The notes under the pieces were generated by a model, which saw nothing but the letters and a program-made list of their open reading frames with translations, made no database searches and was not told where the DNA came from. Shown piece by piece: positions 1 to 16,732 of a stretch of DNA of 64,000 nucleotides; the first letter of the stretch is position 1; each line of letters starts with the position of its first letter. The stretch spans positions 21,886,001 through 21,950,000 of the forward strand of contig CM022670.1 of assembly GCA_012295275.1 (NCBI GenBank), in the 5' to 3' direction. The translations under genes were made by a program, and so were the position numbers. This DNA is from Chrysomallon squamiferum. Taxonomy: Eukaryota > Animalia > Mollusca.

Positions 1-24
1 GAAAAATGTGCACATTGCAGCCAT
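1..24 (-). CDS. Possible start (MAAMCTFF...) of a further receptor paralog running off the left edge
   Basis: Minus-strand ATG GCT GCA start matches the MAA start of all paralog signal exons; only 8 codons visible. Confidence 0.3.
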
Positions 25-199
25 GCTATGTTAGTCCTGCCAACTAGGAAGTATTTTATTTCTAGACTCTCTCTTTCCTATTGTCTCCTTCCGTTTGTTT
101 TCACATGGTGAATTGATGTCGATGCAGATAATTATGTAAAAGACGCAAAACGCGGTACATAATATTTTATATGTTTTAAACTATACAAATGAGGAAGTC

Positions 200-770
200 A
201 TCAGAAACGATAAAAACAGTGACGGACAAGATCAACTCCTATCTCAGGTTGCCGGCTTCACGAATAAAATGTAAATAAATAAATATACCTCTGTATGAAT
301 CAGTATACGATCCTCTCACTCATGAATATTCAGTAACCACCACAGAGACGCCAACACTAATGACGTTAAAAAGCAGAATAATTGACACTAATGTCAATGC
401 TCTACTTCAGATATAAAAAAGCCTATACACAGATTTTTCTTTTATGTTTCATTGTCCCGGAAAACACTGCTAATAATAGGGTTGGAGCGTATAATTACCT
501 AGTGTAACATATACAAACATATAAAGATATTATTAAATTAGAATAGAAATAGTAAAAAAGAGCATATAAATATACAAATAAAGGACACAACGACAAACAC
601 TCATAAATAATGAGATTTCTGTTGAGCAAAGTTAACAACAGTGGTACCTCTCTTGTGGAGAATCGCAGGTGTCCATTCATCAGAGGTACAATAATAAAAT
701 ACAATTTAGTTTTTATCATATTCAGAAGAAAAATGAATCAAGGCAGGGAGAGAGAGAGAGAGAGAGAGAG

Positions 771-859
<89 letters not shown>

Positions 860-1368
860 AGTATGTACTGAAACATAAAGATTGTTTGAATAGACAGTTG
901 TTTATTTTTCATTGCAGGGCATTACGTTTCGTCACCTAATGAGTGTTTATTTTACATTTAGTTTAATTCACCAAAAAAAACAACAACACACAGACACTTT
1001 TTTATATAGTATAAAATATTACACAAGTCTGATGTAAGGGTCTTTTAAAACAGTTATGGCTTTGTATCTCTTTAAAAAATAAAAATAACGGACAACAAGG
1101 AAACACACTGCAGCCATGTTGTGTTAAACTAGACACTGTGATCCCGGAAGACTTGTTGTTCTTCAAGGCGTAGACGCTTAGTCAACGTTTACTGTCACAT
1201 TTTGTGTATTGTTCCTTCTTTCTCCTCGGTGCAAACTGAATATACATATGATTAACTGGGTCGCACTGCAGACATACCCTGTGTCACTCTTCATTCACTG
1301 TATAAACAGTATTCTATGAAATACTTTTATCAAATAAACAAAGCTATAATAATAATAATAATAATAAC

Positions 1369-1406
<38 letters not shown>

Positions 1407-1417
1407 TAATAATAATA

Positions 1418-1471
<54 letters not shown>

Positions 1472-1796
1472 TAGTAATAATGGTAGTAGGAGCAGCAGTA
1501 GTAGTAGTAATAATAATAACAATAATAGTAGTAGTAGAGAGACGTAGTGGTAGTAGTAGTAGGAGGAGGAGGATTAGTGGTGGTGGTGGTAGTTTTGGTT
1601 TGTTGTAATATCAGTAGCAACAATATTAATATCGGAAGTATTTTTGCAGATGAAAACAAATATATTAGCACAAAATAACAAATAACGGCCATATTGTCTT
1701 TTCTGTTTGAAAGTTTTAAATTTATTACTTCAAATGAGTACAGTTTTTTTCTTCTGTGTGTGAGTTGCATCTATCTTTTTAGTGTCAGTATGTGAA

Positions 1797-1861
<65 letters not shown>

Positions 1862-4191
1862 CTGTTTAATCATATTTAACAGAAAAAGGAGTATAACGTT
1901 ACTTCTTCTTTAAATAAAGGAAAATACACAGTTATCTAAAAATAAATCTTTCTCTGAGTTAAATCAGTATTTGTGTAACAGTGTAAAATATCTGTCGAGC
2001 AAATTATAGCTGTCACTGTGATTCAACAAGACATCTACATTAGTTAGTAGTTCTTTTTCTTCTTGTATATAACTTTGTTTGTTATTTGTTATTTTTCGGG
2101 GTTGTTTGTTCTTCTTGTAGTCGTTATATTTCCTTATTTATTTTTATCGTTCTTTGTGTTATCAAATATGAAAAATTACTTCACTAGGTAAATACAGCTG
2201 TAATATGCATTTATTTATTTGGTTTTTTGTGTGTTGTTTTTTATTCCTTTGTTTATTTATTTATTTAATAACGTTAGAAAATAGCAAATGTTCATTAAAT
2301 TTTGTTTTCAAACTTCTATCTTCTTAGCATACAGTAATACATAGAAACAAACGCATCCACGAAACAAATGATAGCCACACACAGAAACACACATACACAC
2401 ATGTATCTGTGTGTTTGTGTCGTGTACGTATATATATACTGTGACTCTTGTGACAGAAGTTATTAGAAGCATGGGTTTGTAATCTTATTAAGTATACAAA
2501 CACATTCATACAAAAATTAAAACAAGCATTTTATTTGAATAAAACCAATAGAAGTCTGTTACATGAAACTGTTAAGGTCATATTTACACAGAGTGGAATC
2601 TCTTAGTCTGAAAGAATTAAAACTAGTGATATAAAATAAGTGTGAGTAACAAAGCAATATATGTACAAAAGAGAGGCAAACGTTTTATCTAAAAAGACCG
2701 CGATAGATATCACACACAAAAAATACATCTTTCTTTATTAATCTAATTACTGAACTTCACAATATTTATGTTTTTATCTAACTCGTTTTAGAAAAAGGAA
2801 AGTATTTTCACGAAGGAATTTGTTATCATGGTATAGATTATTCTTTCTAGAGAATATATCCGAAAAATACTTTAAATGATGACTGTTACTTTCTTTTAAT
2901 TATGTCATGTTTATTTTGTCGTATGGAGATCCTTGGTCAACACATTCAACTTGCAAAGCATCGTAATCATTAGTGTGTCGTTGGTCATCTTGTGTGCCGT
3001 GTTGCGTGTGTCCTGAAGATCTTCTGTTACGTTCGATAGGTCCTTGATGTGAGGAAGAGGCAGAACCATTTGCATCATCAACGACAGCTTCGTACACAGG
3101 ATGAGCCATGGTAGTTGCTGTAGTTTGGTTTTCTATTTTTCTCAAAGGTTACAGACGGCTCCGTCGGTTTGGGTCTTCCGATAAACCCTGAAATTGATAT
3201 TTCTCTTTTCATAGAAACATCGGTTGTGATTTAAATTATAATTAATTAATAACAGGTAATACACCAAGTATGATCGATCACGGATTATTGAGAAATAAAT
3301 ATTCTCGAGTAAATTTGTGAATCAGCGATATATTGATAAAGCATCCCTTCCTGATGAAAATATGAACACAATTATATTTAAAACCCCCAAAAATCTAAAT
3401 CTCATTTTCATAGTAATTAATGTTGACCTAAATCAAAACGTTTAATATTATCGAAAACAAGAGAAAATGCAAAATATATTTTCTTACGTAATAACAAGAA
3501 TGAGGGCAGCTCCACTGAAAATCAGGGCTAAAGCTGTGATAGATGACAGAATAATGACACTAGTCTGTGTGGTTTTCTGATCTGGAACTGAAGATAAATT
3601 ATCGGTATGTATAGACGAATGAATGTTTTATAACAAATTAGTAAACATACATTGAAGTAAACACAAAATTATTTTTCTACCTGTGCAGTCCTGTCTTGTC
3701 CATCCATATTCACATCCATTTTGACATTTTCCACTGATGTGATTACACTCTGAAAGTCCACTACAGTGTCTTTCTGTACATGATCTTGAACATTCTGGAC
3801 CATACCATCCTTTGTCACAAGCTAAAATCAAAAATGTATTTCCAAGTAGAAAGTAAAATATACACTATATTATTTTGTTCATGACTGAAAACAGTTCGAA
3901 ATTCTCCAAATGATAAAATGTACCAATACAAGAAGTATCCAAATTTAACTGTTCGATGCAAAAAACGTTGAGGTAACCAGTCTAAAACAAACAATCTTCA
4001 AACAGTTTTAAACTGTGATTAATGTTAAAACGAAAATATAAAAATAAAATACTCACGTTGCTTACAGAGCTGACCTTGGTATCCATCTTTACAAACTCCT
4101 GAACACTTTCCAGAAATAAAATCACACGTTTCTGTTTTACACTGACCACACGTAGAATTACAGTCAAATCCGTATTTTCCAGATCTGCATT
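200..4191. repeat. Third, internally deleted copy of the 14420-19630 block (TM relic, orphan start, 3' half of Tyr-motif receptor)
   Basis: Collinear near-identity by eye: ~200-740 with ~14420-15000, ~850-1300 with ~16470-16920, ~2880-4190 with ~18390-19630. Confidence 0.8.
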
Positions 4192-4881
4192 CTGAAAACA
4201 AAAAGTGCCAACTTACATATCAGTTTCAGCTGTGATGAGAATAATAACAATAGTACTGCTGACAAAGATAATGCATTGTTATAAACATAGAAACTCTTAC
4301 CTATCCAAATAAATATATATGCACATAAGATACAAACACAAACACACACACACACACACAAGAACATGAAAACAAGAAAATACAAATAAAATGATTCTTA
4401 AATATTTCAAAGGAAACAATGGTTGAACAAGGTAAAAAAAAAAAAAATAAAAATTAAATATAAAAATGAATATAATAATAACTAACCCCCAAAAACAATA
4501 AATAGAAACTGAAGAAAAACTAATAAAAGAAAGTTAAAAAAGAAATGATAAATAAATAAAATTAATGAAATAAGTCATTTCTTTACATTAAAAATTGATT
4601 TTACATTTCACCCAAATTTAATTGTCCATGTATTGATTTTACATTCACCAGTCTAATTCTGAAACAATGGAAAAGATCCGTTCCTTATGTAATTTAACAT
4701 CTGTAACACTTTGCAATCTAACATAGACCAATCTGTTTAGCAGTAAAAACTAAATATAATCATTTGTTGAAAGAGAAAAGAAAATAAAAATAAAAATTGA
4801 AATATATATAGATATAAAAAAAAAAACAAAAATAAATAAAATTAAAATTAAAAAAAAAAAAAAAACTAAATAGATAAAAAA

Positions 4882-4944
<63 letters not shown>

Positions 4945-5582
4945 AATAAAAAACTAAAATTAAAACAAAACTGAAAATCTAAAAAATAAAACCTTCCTTG
5001 CATAAAGAGTCCTTGGTATCCATCTTTACAACCTCCTGTACAATTTCCAGAAATAAAATCACATGTTTCTGTTTTACACTGACCACACGTAGAATTACAG
5101 TCTAATCCGTATTTTCCAGATCTGCATTCTGAAAACATACAAAGTGCTAACTTACACATCAGTTTCATAATTTTATTTGTATTAATATATTCACAATACA
5201 TACATACATACGTACACCTGTCAGTTATCTATATTTGATTCTTGCATTTTTCTATTATGTTTTCTATTTTCTTTTTCTTTCTTTAACAACACTACTACTA
5301 CTACTACTGCTTCTACTACTTCTACTACTACTACCTTCTACTACTACTACTACCGCTACTATTACTACTACTACTACTACTACTATTACTACTACTACTA
5401 CTTCTACTACTACTACCACCACTACCACTACTACTACTTGTACTACTACTCCTAATACTCATATTATTATTATCATCACTATTATCATTATTATTATTTA
5501 CATTCACTTCAGTCCATGGATCCTTTCAGTTTTTCCTTTTTATTATTATCAGTATTATGAATATGATGATGCTGATTACTAC

Positions 5583-5649
<67 letters not shown>

Positions 5650-6409
5650 GGCCTGTAACAATATCGGCATTTACTCTAACTGAATTTAGGATATGCAAAA
5701 TGTAGAGTACGACTGACCTTGTTTGCACAAGATTCCGTCGTAACCTTCACTACAACCTCCAGTGCAATTTCCAGAAACTCTGTCACATGGCTTGGTTCTA
5801 CAGTTCCCACATCTAGATTTACAGTTTTTATCATATGTTCCTGGACTGCATTCTGAAGTTTTTAAAATTAGAGCAAAATCAATAAACTAATGAACAATTG
5901 TTTAACGACAAAACAGTTGATTTTAATATTAAGAATAATTATGTTTCAGGCCTGCTTTTCAGAAAGAGAGCCTGCTTTATAACTTTTAAATACTTATGAT
6001 CAGTAAGAATTTAAACTATTATTGTATAATTAAATCATTTCTTCAAACTTTCCACACTATTTTTAAATGTTGTATTGATAACTCTGTTTCTATGTATTTC
6101 AAAGTAAACACTGATCCTATACCTTTTCTACAGTCTGTTCCATTCCATCCTGCCGTACATCCTGCAGTGTCACACTTTCCTGTCTGTTCGTCACAAGATG
6201 AGTTTGTGTTAACACAGTGACGTTTTCCACACAACTTCTCACAGTTAGAACCATACTTGATGTTCAATTCACACGCTAGTACAATATGATGTTATATAAA
6301 TACCTTGTTACAGATATAATCCGTTTTTTTTAAATATTATTGTTTCGACTGTAACATTGAGTGCATGATGATATTCAACAACACTATGAACCAATAACTA
6401 TTTATTATG

Positions 6410-6463
<54 letters not shown>

Positions 6464-9400
6464 AATAATTTTTCTTCATCATATTAATCATTCTCCTGGA
6501 GAACAGGAATTTTAAAATAATAATAGTTTAAGCAAATTGCTCACATTAACCCACAATGTATCGTTCAAGTGCATAATGATAAATTATTAACAAATTTATC
6601 CAGAAGAAATGTTCATAGTATTTATATACTTATGATTTGTAAGAATTTAAACTATTATTGCATAATACCAATATTTTGTTTGTTCAAAGTTCCAGTCTGT
6701 TTTTCAATGTTGTATTGATAACTCTGTTTCTATATATTTCAAAGCAAACACTGATCCTGTACCTTCTATACAGTCTGTTCCATTCCATCCTGCCGTACAT
6801 CCTGCAGTGTCACACTTTCCTGTCTTTACATCACAAGATGAGTGTGTGTTAACACAGTGACGATTTTTACAGAACAGTTCACAGTTAGAACCATACCTGA
6901 CGTTCAGCTCACACGCTAGTACAATGTAATGTAAAGTAATGTAAATACCTCGTCAGACATATAATATTCGTTTATTTTTAGTACTATGTTTTGAATGTAA
7001 CATTCAGTATATTATGATATTCTACAACAATCTTTTTAAACACTGTGAACCAACAACTATATATTAGTACTGTTCTTGTTCTTATTACTAATTATTATTC
7101 GTCATCATTATCATCAATATCATCAATATTAATAAATCAACTGGTTACTTATGGTGTTTTTATTCCGGAGAAAACGAATTTTAAAATAATTAGAGTTTAA
7201 TTAAATTGCGCACTTTAACTCACCATATACTTCAACTTCCAGAAAATCTAAAGCTGTACTAGCGTCATTATCATTGTTTTGGTAGACAGTCACGTATCTG
7301 GCATTAACATTGCACGTGAAATTCACGACACCAGGAATATCAGATCCATCTCGTCTACCAGTAACAGTACCACACAGATGTCCTGTGTTAGATGAATTCA
7401 CTGCTGTGTTTGTGTAGATTTGTACTCCTCGTCTTCGCATTTTGGCTTTAATACATTAAAATAGTATATTAAATATAGAGTTTTATGTATCCTAGTATAT
7501 AAAGTAAATAATCTGAAATAAAGCTGCAATGTTCTAAAAAATAAATAAATAAATAAATGAATAAATAAATACACTTTTTATCGGGTTTTAATGACCAGCA
7601 TCAGGTAGTGTCGAAATCTAATTTAAGAATCTAAGAAATCTCTTTAAAAAACAACAACAACAAGAAAAGAATAGAAATTAAAAATCGAAATCATCTCCTG
7701 TCTACAGTCCTGTATCAATACAGTGTTCATTCTCTCTTGAAAATGTTCCATTTACTGTCTTTGTATTTATATAATAACTGGAATCAATCAAGTCCTACTG
7801 AATAATACATATACTACACGACACATGATGTAAATATAAACAGAGCATCAGCGTACTGTATAGTGTGGTCTTCCTTCAATTTACTGTAATTATACTATGA
7901 ATATATGTATGTATGTATGTATGTATGCAATTATCCCTGAATATATATACATGTATGTATTTATGTATTTATGTATGTATATATGTATGCAAAATATGTA
8001 TTCGTAAAAATGTAGATATTTTTTTATCTATGTTTATAAATTCAGAAGACAAACCAAGAAAAACTGCAATACCAAAGATCAACAATAACAAAAATAAGAA
8101 GAAGAAGAAGAAAAAAACAACAACAAAAAAGAAGAAAAAGAAGTATATCATAACAAAATTAAATATGTAAGAAAAATACACATCACCAAAATATGTTGAC
8201 TTACTCTCAGTTCTAAAATATATTTTCACTTCATGGACAAAGTAGAGTTTTCCTAGATCCACTTCCCACCACGTGTACTCCTGTCCTAGTGCTGTGTGCA
8301 TAAAGTTATACCCATTTTGTTTTGTGACTCCATCAACAGCTGTAGATGCTTGGAAACGGTTGTCAAGGTAAGAACTCTGATAGGCTGGATTTCCCTTAGC
8401 TACATTTACTGATCAAAATGGAATTAACAAATATTTAATAAAGATAAGAATATCAAAATCGTACACATATGCACAACGACATCTGAAGAAACAGGTACCG
8501 GACCAATTATCCGGCGTCCTGAAATCCAGAAAGACCATAAAACCGGAAATGTTTTTCCAGACGCTATTTTCATAGTTCGCGAGCGCAGGTGTTGTCCTCA
8601 CCAGACCGGAATTACTCTTTCAAGCCGCGTGGCGTTCTTTCACTCGCCGCATTGTTTACATCATGTCGAATCGCCACAGTTGTGTATCGTCAATTTTCTT
8701 TTTCTTTTTAATTTTAAAATGTTTATGCCTAATTATATACGTATTTAGATGCCTTGGTGCCAGAAAACCTCAGGCCCCAAGGAGTCCGGATAATTGGTCC
8801 GATATCTGTACATACATATGAAAAAATGATGCATCATACCACAAATATTATTAAAACAAATTCGTTCATTTTATTATTTCTAATCAAAGATTAGGATATT
8901 TGTGGTAGTAACATTGCGTCATTTTTCGTCATAATGACAGTTTTTAATAACTGCAACATTAGTGGGCACTTCATATCTACCTATCTATCTATCTACATAC
9001 ATATATGTATATATATATATATATAGATACACACACACACACACACACATCTATATAAACGTTTACAATCACACTCACATAAACACACATACACTTATAC
9101 ATATACAGACATGCTAGCATAGGTATACACATATATAGAGAGATATGTAAACATATGTTTATACTGATTATACATATATAAGTGCAGAAGGACATACATA
9201 CATACATATATATATGTATGTATGCATGTATGTATGTAAATATTATGTATATATATGTATATGCACGTACCCTCGTCCTTATGGACTTATATATATATAT
9301 ATATTCTTTTTATAAACATTATATACATACATGCATATTTAGCTAAGTATTTAGTTATAGATTAATTATAAGCATATACAGACGAACTAACACCCACACA

Positions 9401-9535
9401 TTTACATCCATATATACATACATATATGTATGTCTATACAACTTTAAACCACTTACCAAACTGAGCTGAAATGTGAACTTGAAACATGAAAATAAACCAG
9501 AGAAAAACATAAAACTCCAAGCAAACTGCAGCCAT
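2900..9535 (-). pseudogene. Gene A: signal peptide + F-type lectin + 6 EGF-like exons + TM receptor with frameshifted tail (pseudogene or tail-less receptor)
   Basis: GT-AG exons 9535-9457 (MAAVCLEFYVFLWFIFMFQVHISAQF), 8408-8205 (VNVAKGNPAYQSS..AVDG..MHT..WWEVDLG..FRTE), 7445-7224 (TKMRRRG..ARYVTV..LEVEVY), EGF 6915-6763, 6275-6123, 5852-5718, 5128-4993 (136 bp, +1 frameshift), 4191-4057, 3821-3681, TM 3587-3488 (VIILSSITALALIFSGAALILVI), tail 3187-2900 (288 bp vs 292 in paralogs; TGA at 3144-3142). Confidence 0.7.
8492..8808. mobile_element. ~317-bp MITE, Tc1/mariner-pogo-like, in intron 1 of gene A
   Basis: TIRs caggtaccggaccaattatccgg / ccggataattggtccgatatctg, 3' flank TA. Absent at the homologous site of gene C (gaaga-TA-cat, ~22381-22390). 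Confidence 0.75.
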
Positions 9536-10129
9536 GTTGTGTTAAACTAGACAAGGTGACCCAGGAAGACCTGGGTCGTGTTCAACAGAAATTGTTGAGC
9601 CAATTGTAACTGTTACATGATTCAACGAGTCACTTACAGCAGTTAGCTATTTTTGTTTGTTCTTATGGTTGTTGTATTTAGTTAATTATTGTTAGGTTAT
9701 TGAAATAAGAAAATTATTGGACTAGATAAATTCGTCTATAATCTTAGATGGTATTTATTCATTTGTGTGTTTCTTTGTTTACTAAGTTTAAAAAATAGCA
9801 AGTATTTACTTTGGAAATGTTTATTAAAAGTTGTTTTCCATCTTCCTGATGGTATTATTCATTAGTTTAAACAAATGAATGATATAAATAAGTGTGACCT
9901 ACAAAGTAAGATATGTAGAACATGTAACAGATCCCACAGGCATAAAGACAGATACAAACTTACATAAATATACCGTTCTTAACAGAAATGATTAAGTTTC
10001 ATAAAATTAGAGTTTTTAACTAAATCAATATTAAAAATAATAATAATTAGTATAAAACTAAATCATTTATTATAATAGTATAGAATATTCTCTGTGGATA
10101 AAAAATATCTGACAGATATTTTAAATCTT

Positions 10130-10640
10130 GCTAATGTTCATTTCGTTGTATGGAGATCGCTGTAGTTGTCTGCGCTGACAGTAAAATACATTATCTCTTT
10201 ATAAAATATTGTTAAATGTTTAATGATTTACAATCTATACAAAGATATATATATTAAAGCTAAAAATACATAACATAAAAGACATTGATACTTGACATAT
10301 AGATATATCTCAATTTAAAATCAGCTATACAATTAATGCATAGATATTTTAGTGATTATATATGTATGTGTGATTATCACCTTTGTAACATAATACGTAA
10401 AAGATACTTGCCTGTACGAATATACAAACACACATACAAATATAATCAAATATGTATAAAGATACAATACACACACACACACACACACATACGTCTATAT
10501 AAATGCATACATACATTATATACGGATACATACATACATAAATATATTTATCCATACATACATACATGCATACATACATACATTTACACATTTATACATA
10601 CATACATACACGTATATGCACACACACAAACATACATACA

Positions 10641-10683
<43 letters not shown>

Positions 10684-12935
10684 ATGCATCTAGCCATTCA
10701 GCAGCTGTTCATACTTAATACATCTGTAACCGCACACACACTCACACACACACAAACACACACACATCTACATGTACTTATATACGTACATAGAAACCTA
10801 CATCCATGCGCGCACACGTCCACACGCACCACACACCAAAAAAGCACACACAAAGACAAAGAAACAAACAGATTTGATTTGAGAATTAAAACGTTAATCA
10901 ATCAAGCTAAGTTAGATGAGTCTAATCCAAACTTTCCACAACTACATTCTGAAAATAGTGAAATGTATTAAAGTCTTCTGTTTCACATCCGTAGAGAACA
11001 TTCTAATTTTTATACTGATAGCAATCTTATTTGCATAGTCCAAACAAACATGAAAGGAAAACCTTCTACATCATATTGTTATTATTGTTATTATTATTAT
11101 TATTATCATCGTCATTAAAATTCACATGAGGTCTTTGAAATTAATTTTCCATTCAGTATACCTTCTTTTTTTTTCTTTTTTTTTTACCTTATATACTTGT
11201 GTATAAGTCGAATTTTTGGGAGACTATATTAAGGTAATATTTTGGGGGTCGACCTATACATAGGTAATGCTTTTGTAGCTGTTGCTGAAGAGTCGCTATT
11301 TTGACTATTTTTTGCTACGGGATGCATCTAAAATAATCGCGGTCTTTCAGCTTTTCAAAACTATAATTTTATCGTATAAAAATTTGTGAAAAATTAAATA
11401 ACAAAACCAAATATGAATGTAAAACATGATATTCTTCGGTTTAATGACATAAAAATACATTTTAAAGCGAAAAAAACGTCATGCAATGATCTAGGAATAC
11501 AGACTTCTCTGCCAAACTGCACTAAATATCGGTCCTAATTTCATAAACAAAACTCACTTGTGTAATTGTAAAGAATTTGGTGAAATAATATTGCAATCGT
11601 CATTAATATCCATTACCGACAAATCGAAAACAAAGTGACGGTGCCTGGAATCTACAGTCGACTTATACACAAGTAATACCTAAAATGACGCAATTTTTGG
11701 TCTTAAAATACACATCGACTTATACATAAGGTCGCCTTATACACAAGTATATACGGTAACTTTTTCAGTTTATTTTGTGTTTATTTTTTAAACTTTAAAA
11801 GCTGTAGACGAATATTAGTCCGTGGAATCCTGCGTGGAATATGTTAACAGTTATTGAGTATTAGCGCTATTAATAAAATAATTAAAACTGAAAAGACCAA
11901 ATATTAAATAAAAAATGATAATTACATAGATAATGCTAAATGGTTTGACCTCTGCTATTTTCTTCAATCAGATTACAACAATAAATCAGATTTTTATGCA
12001 TGATAAACATGTGTGTTAAAATCAAAAGTAATTTTATGTTACAGAATATTTATTATTTCAAAGCATACTTAATTTACTAATATAATAATTACTTCAATGC
12101 TTGAAACTTCTACAGTTAATGTGCAGCATTTCTAAAAAATTAAAAATAAATAAAGGCTGGTGATTTACCTTGTGTACAGTCTGTTCCAGTCCATCCTGCC
12201 GTGCATCCTGCAGTGTCACACTTTCCTGTCTGTACGTCACAAGATGAGTGTGTGTTAACACAGTGACGTTTTTCACACAACTTTTCACAGTTAGAACCAT
12301 ACTTGACTTTCAGTTCTCACGCTAATATAATATAATATAATATAATAAAACGCAAAGTAAAATAACAGAGCAATGTAATATACATAACATAACTAAACAG
12401 TACAACATTTAAAATAAGGTAATATAATTGTATAAAATATTTAACCTTTCTTTCTCTTTTTTTTTTATTTTGTTTTATTTTTTTATTTAATAAAATCTAT
12501 TATTAATAAAATCTGTGAAAATGGAAATAGCACCGACGAGACGTACCGGACGAAAAGCAATTAATTCATAACATCTTGTCAAAATAATGCTTATATTACC
12601 TAATGTTATAATATAATACAATACAATACCATACAATACAACACAATACAATATAAAATAATATAACATAATAAAGCAATAAGGAACCAACCGATCAATC
12701 AAAGAACCAAACAAGAACTAAATATAGAAATAAGGAAAATGACAAACAAAGCAGTGAATAAACAAATAAATAAATTGTGAACATGAAATCTCAAGCAGTA
12801 ATAAAGCATATCTCTTGTGTATGAAAGGGAAAATTAAACCAATTTTCATACAACCAGTTGCAAAATATTTGTTCACTCTCATGAATAAAGTACGACATTC
12901 CTAGATCCACTTCCCACCAACAATAAAGCTCGTCA
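10130..12935 (-). pseudogene. Collapsed receptor pseudogene relic B2
   Basis: Lectin remnant YCWWEVDLGMSYFIHE (~12850-12935); 153-bp EGF exon 12321-12169 with TGA replacing the first Cys; deleted TM/tail remnant at ~10130-10175. Confidence 0.7.
11187..11756. mobile_element. 570-bp non-autonomous Tc1/mariner-superfamily DNA transposon (MITE)
   Basis: TIRs cc(t/g)tatatacttgtgtataag(t/g)cga; TA duplication at 11185-86 and 11757-58; internal cgacttatac subrepeats; precise empty site with a single TA in the duplicate at ~56236. Confidence 0.9.
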
Positions 12936-13770
12936 ATCATTTTCTTATTACTTTTTTTTCTGAAATTATGAAATTGATTTTCATATATTAGTAATAATAC
13001 ATATATGCATACATACATCATATATACATGATTTATAACCTGTGCCCCACTGACAAGTATTGTTCGAGTAACAGTCCAGTAATTCAGAACAGAAAAGAAT
13101 GTCGTTCAGCGTCCAACACTGTTGATGTCGTAAATGGCATTTCATTTTCAATTATGAACACAATATCGTTCAGTACAGCACAAAATAAGCGCGAACGGAA
13201 AACAGATTAAGTAAGAACGATTCAACGGGTGCCTAACACAAATGAAACAATCGTTCAAGTAATCTGTGCGCCTCTGATAATAGCAGTAATAATAATAATA
13301 ATAATAATTATTATTATTATAATTATAATAATAAACAAACAAACAAACAAAAAATAAATAAATAAAACTTATGTCGGTATGTATTTATATATGGAATTTC
13401 TGAATTTCCATTTTATGACATTATTGTTCTTGAAATATGACACATTGAAAATATGATAGTACAAATCGTGTGTGTGTTTGTGTGGATATACATAGAGTGT
13501 ACAGTAGTGTACATATATATGCATGTGTATGTCTATGCTGTACCTATGTGTTGTGTTTATCTATGTTTGTATATAAGTATGTATATAAATAATGTAAGTT
13601 GTTTGTCTATATGTATATTTGTCTGTGTGTTTCTAAGCTTGTGTTAGCACGCGGCGCATTTGTGCTTAAAGGAAGTTTAATCTCTCACTTACCTAATTCA
13701 GTATATGTGCGAATACAAAACAGTAAAATAACACAAAAGGATAAATAAAAGTTAAAGTTAAAAATAATAA

Positions 13771-16732
<2,962 letters not shown>

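Noticed and set aside
1019-1117. MAAVCFLVVRYFYFL... ORF after the conserved start (also at 16732 and 61230)
   Set aside because: Closes after ~32 codons and lacks the 79-bp signal-exon donor; treated as an orphan start in relics.
495-1770. ORFs with poly-ER, poly-SL, poly-Y, poly-I or poly-L runs, here and throughout the window
   Set aside because: Translations of (AG)n, (AAT)n, (TAC)n, (ATTT)n and (CA)n microsatellites with no coding signal.
8413-8601. 62-aa ORF conserved at 52804-52992
   Set aside because: Lies across a MITE end and intron; conservation is explained by the segmental duplication.
10336-10971. Longest ORF in the track (211 aa, HTYI-rich)
   Set aside because: Derived from (CA)/(TACA)/(TA) simple repeats; frame is not kept in the duplicate at ~55550-55990.
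13028-13210. Plus-strand ORF MIYNLCPTDKYC... (longer at 57479-57871)
   Set aside because: No recognisable domain, stop differs between copies, and the extension is an (AAT)n run.
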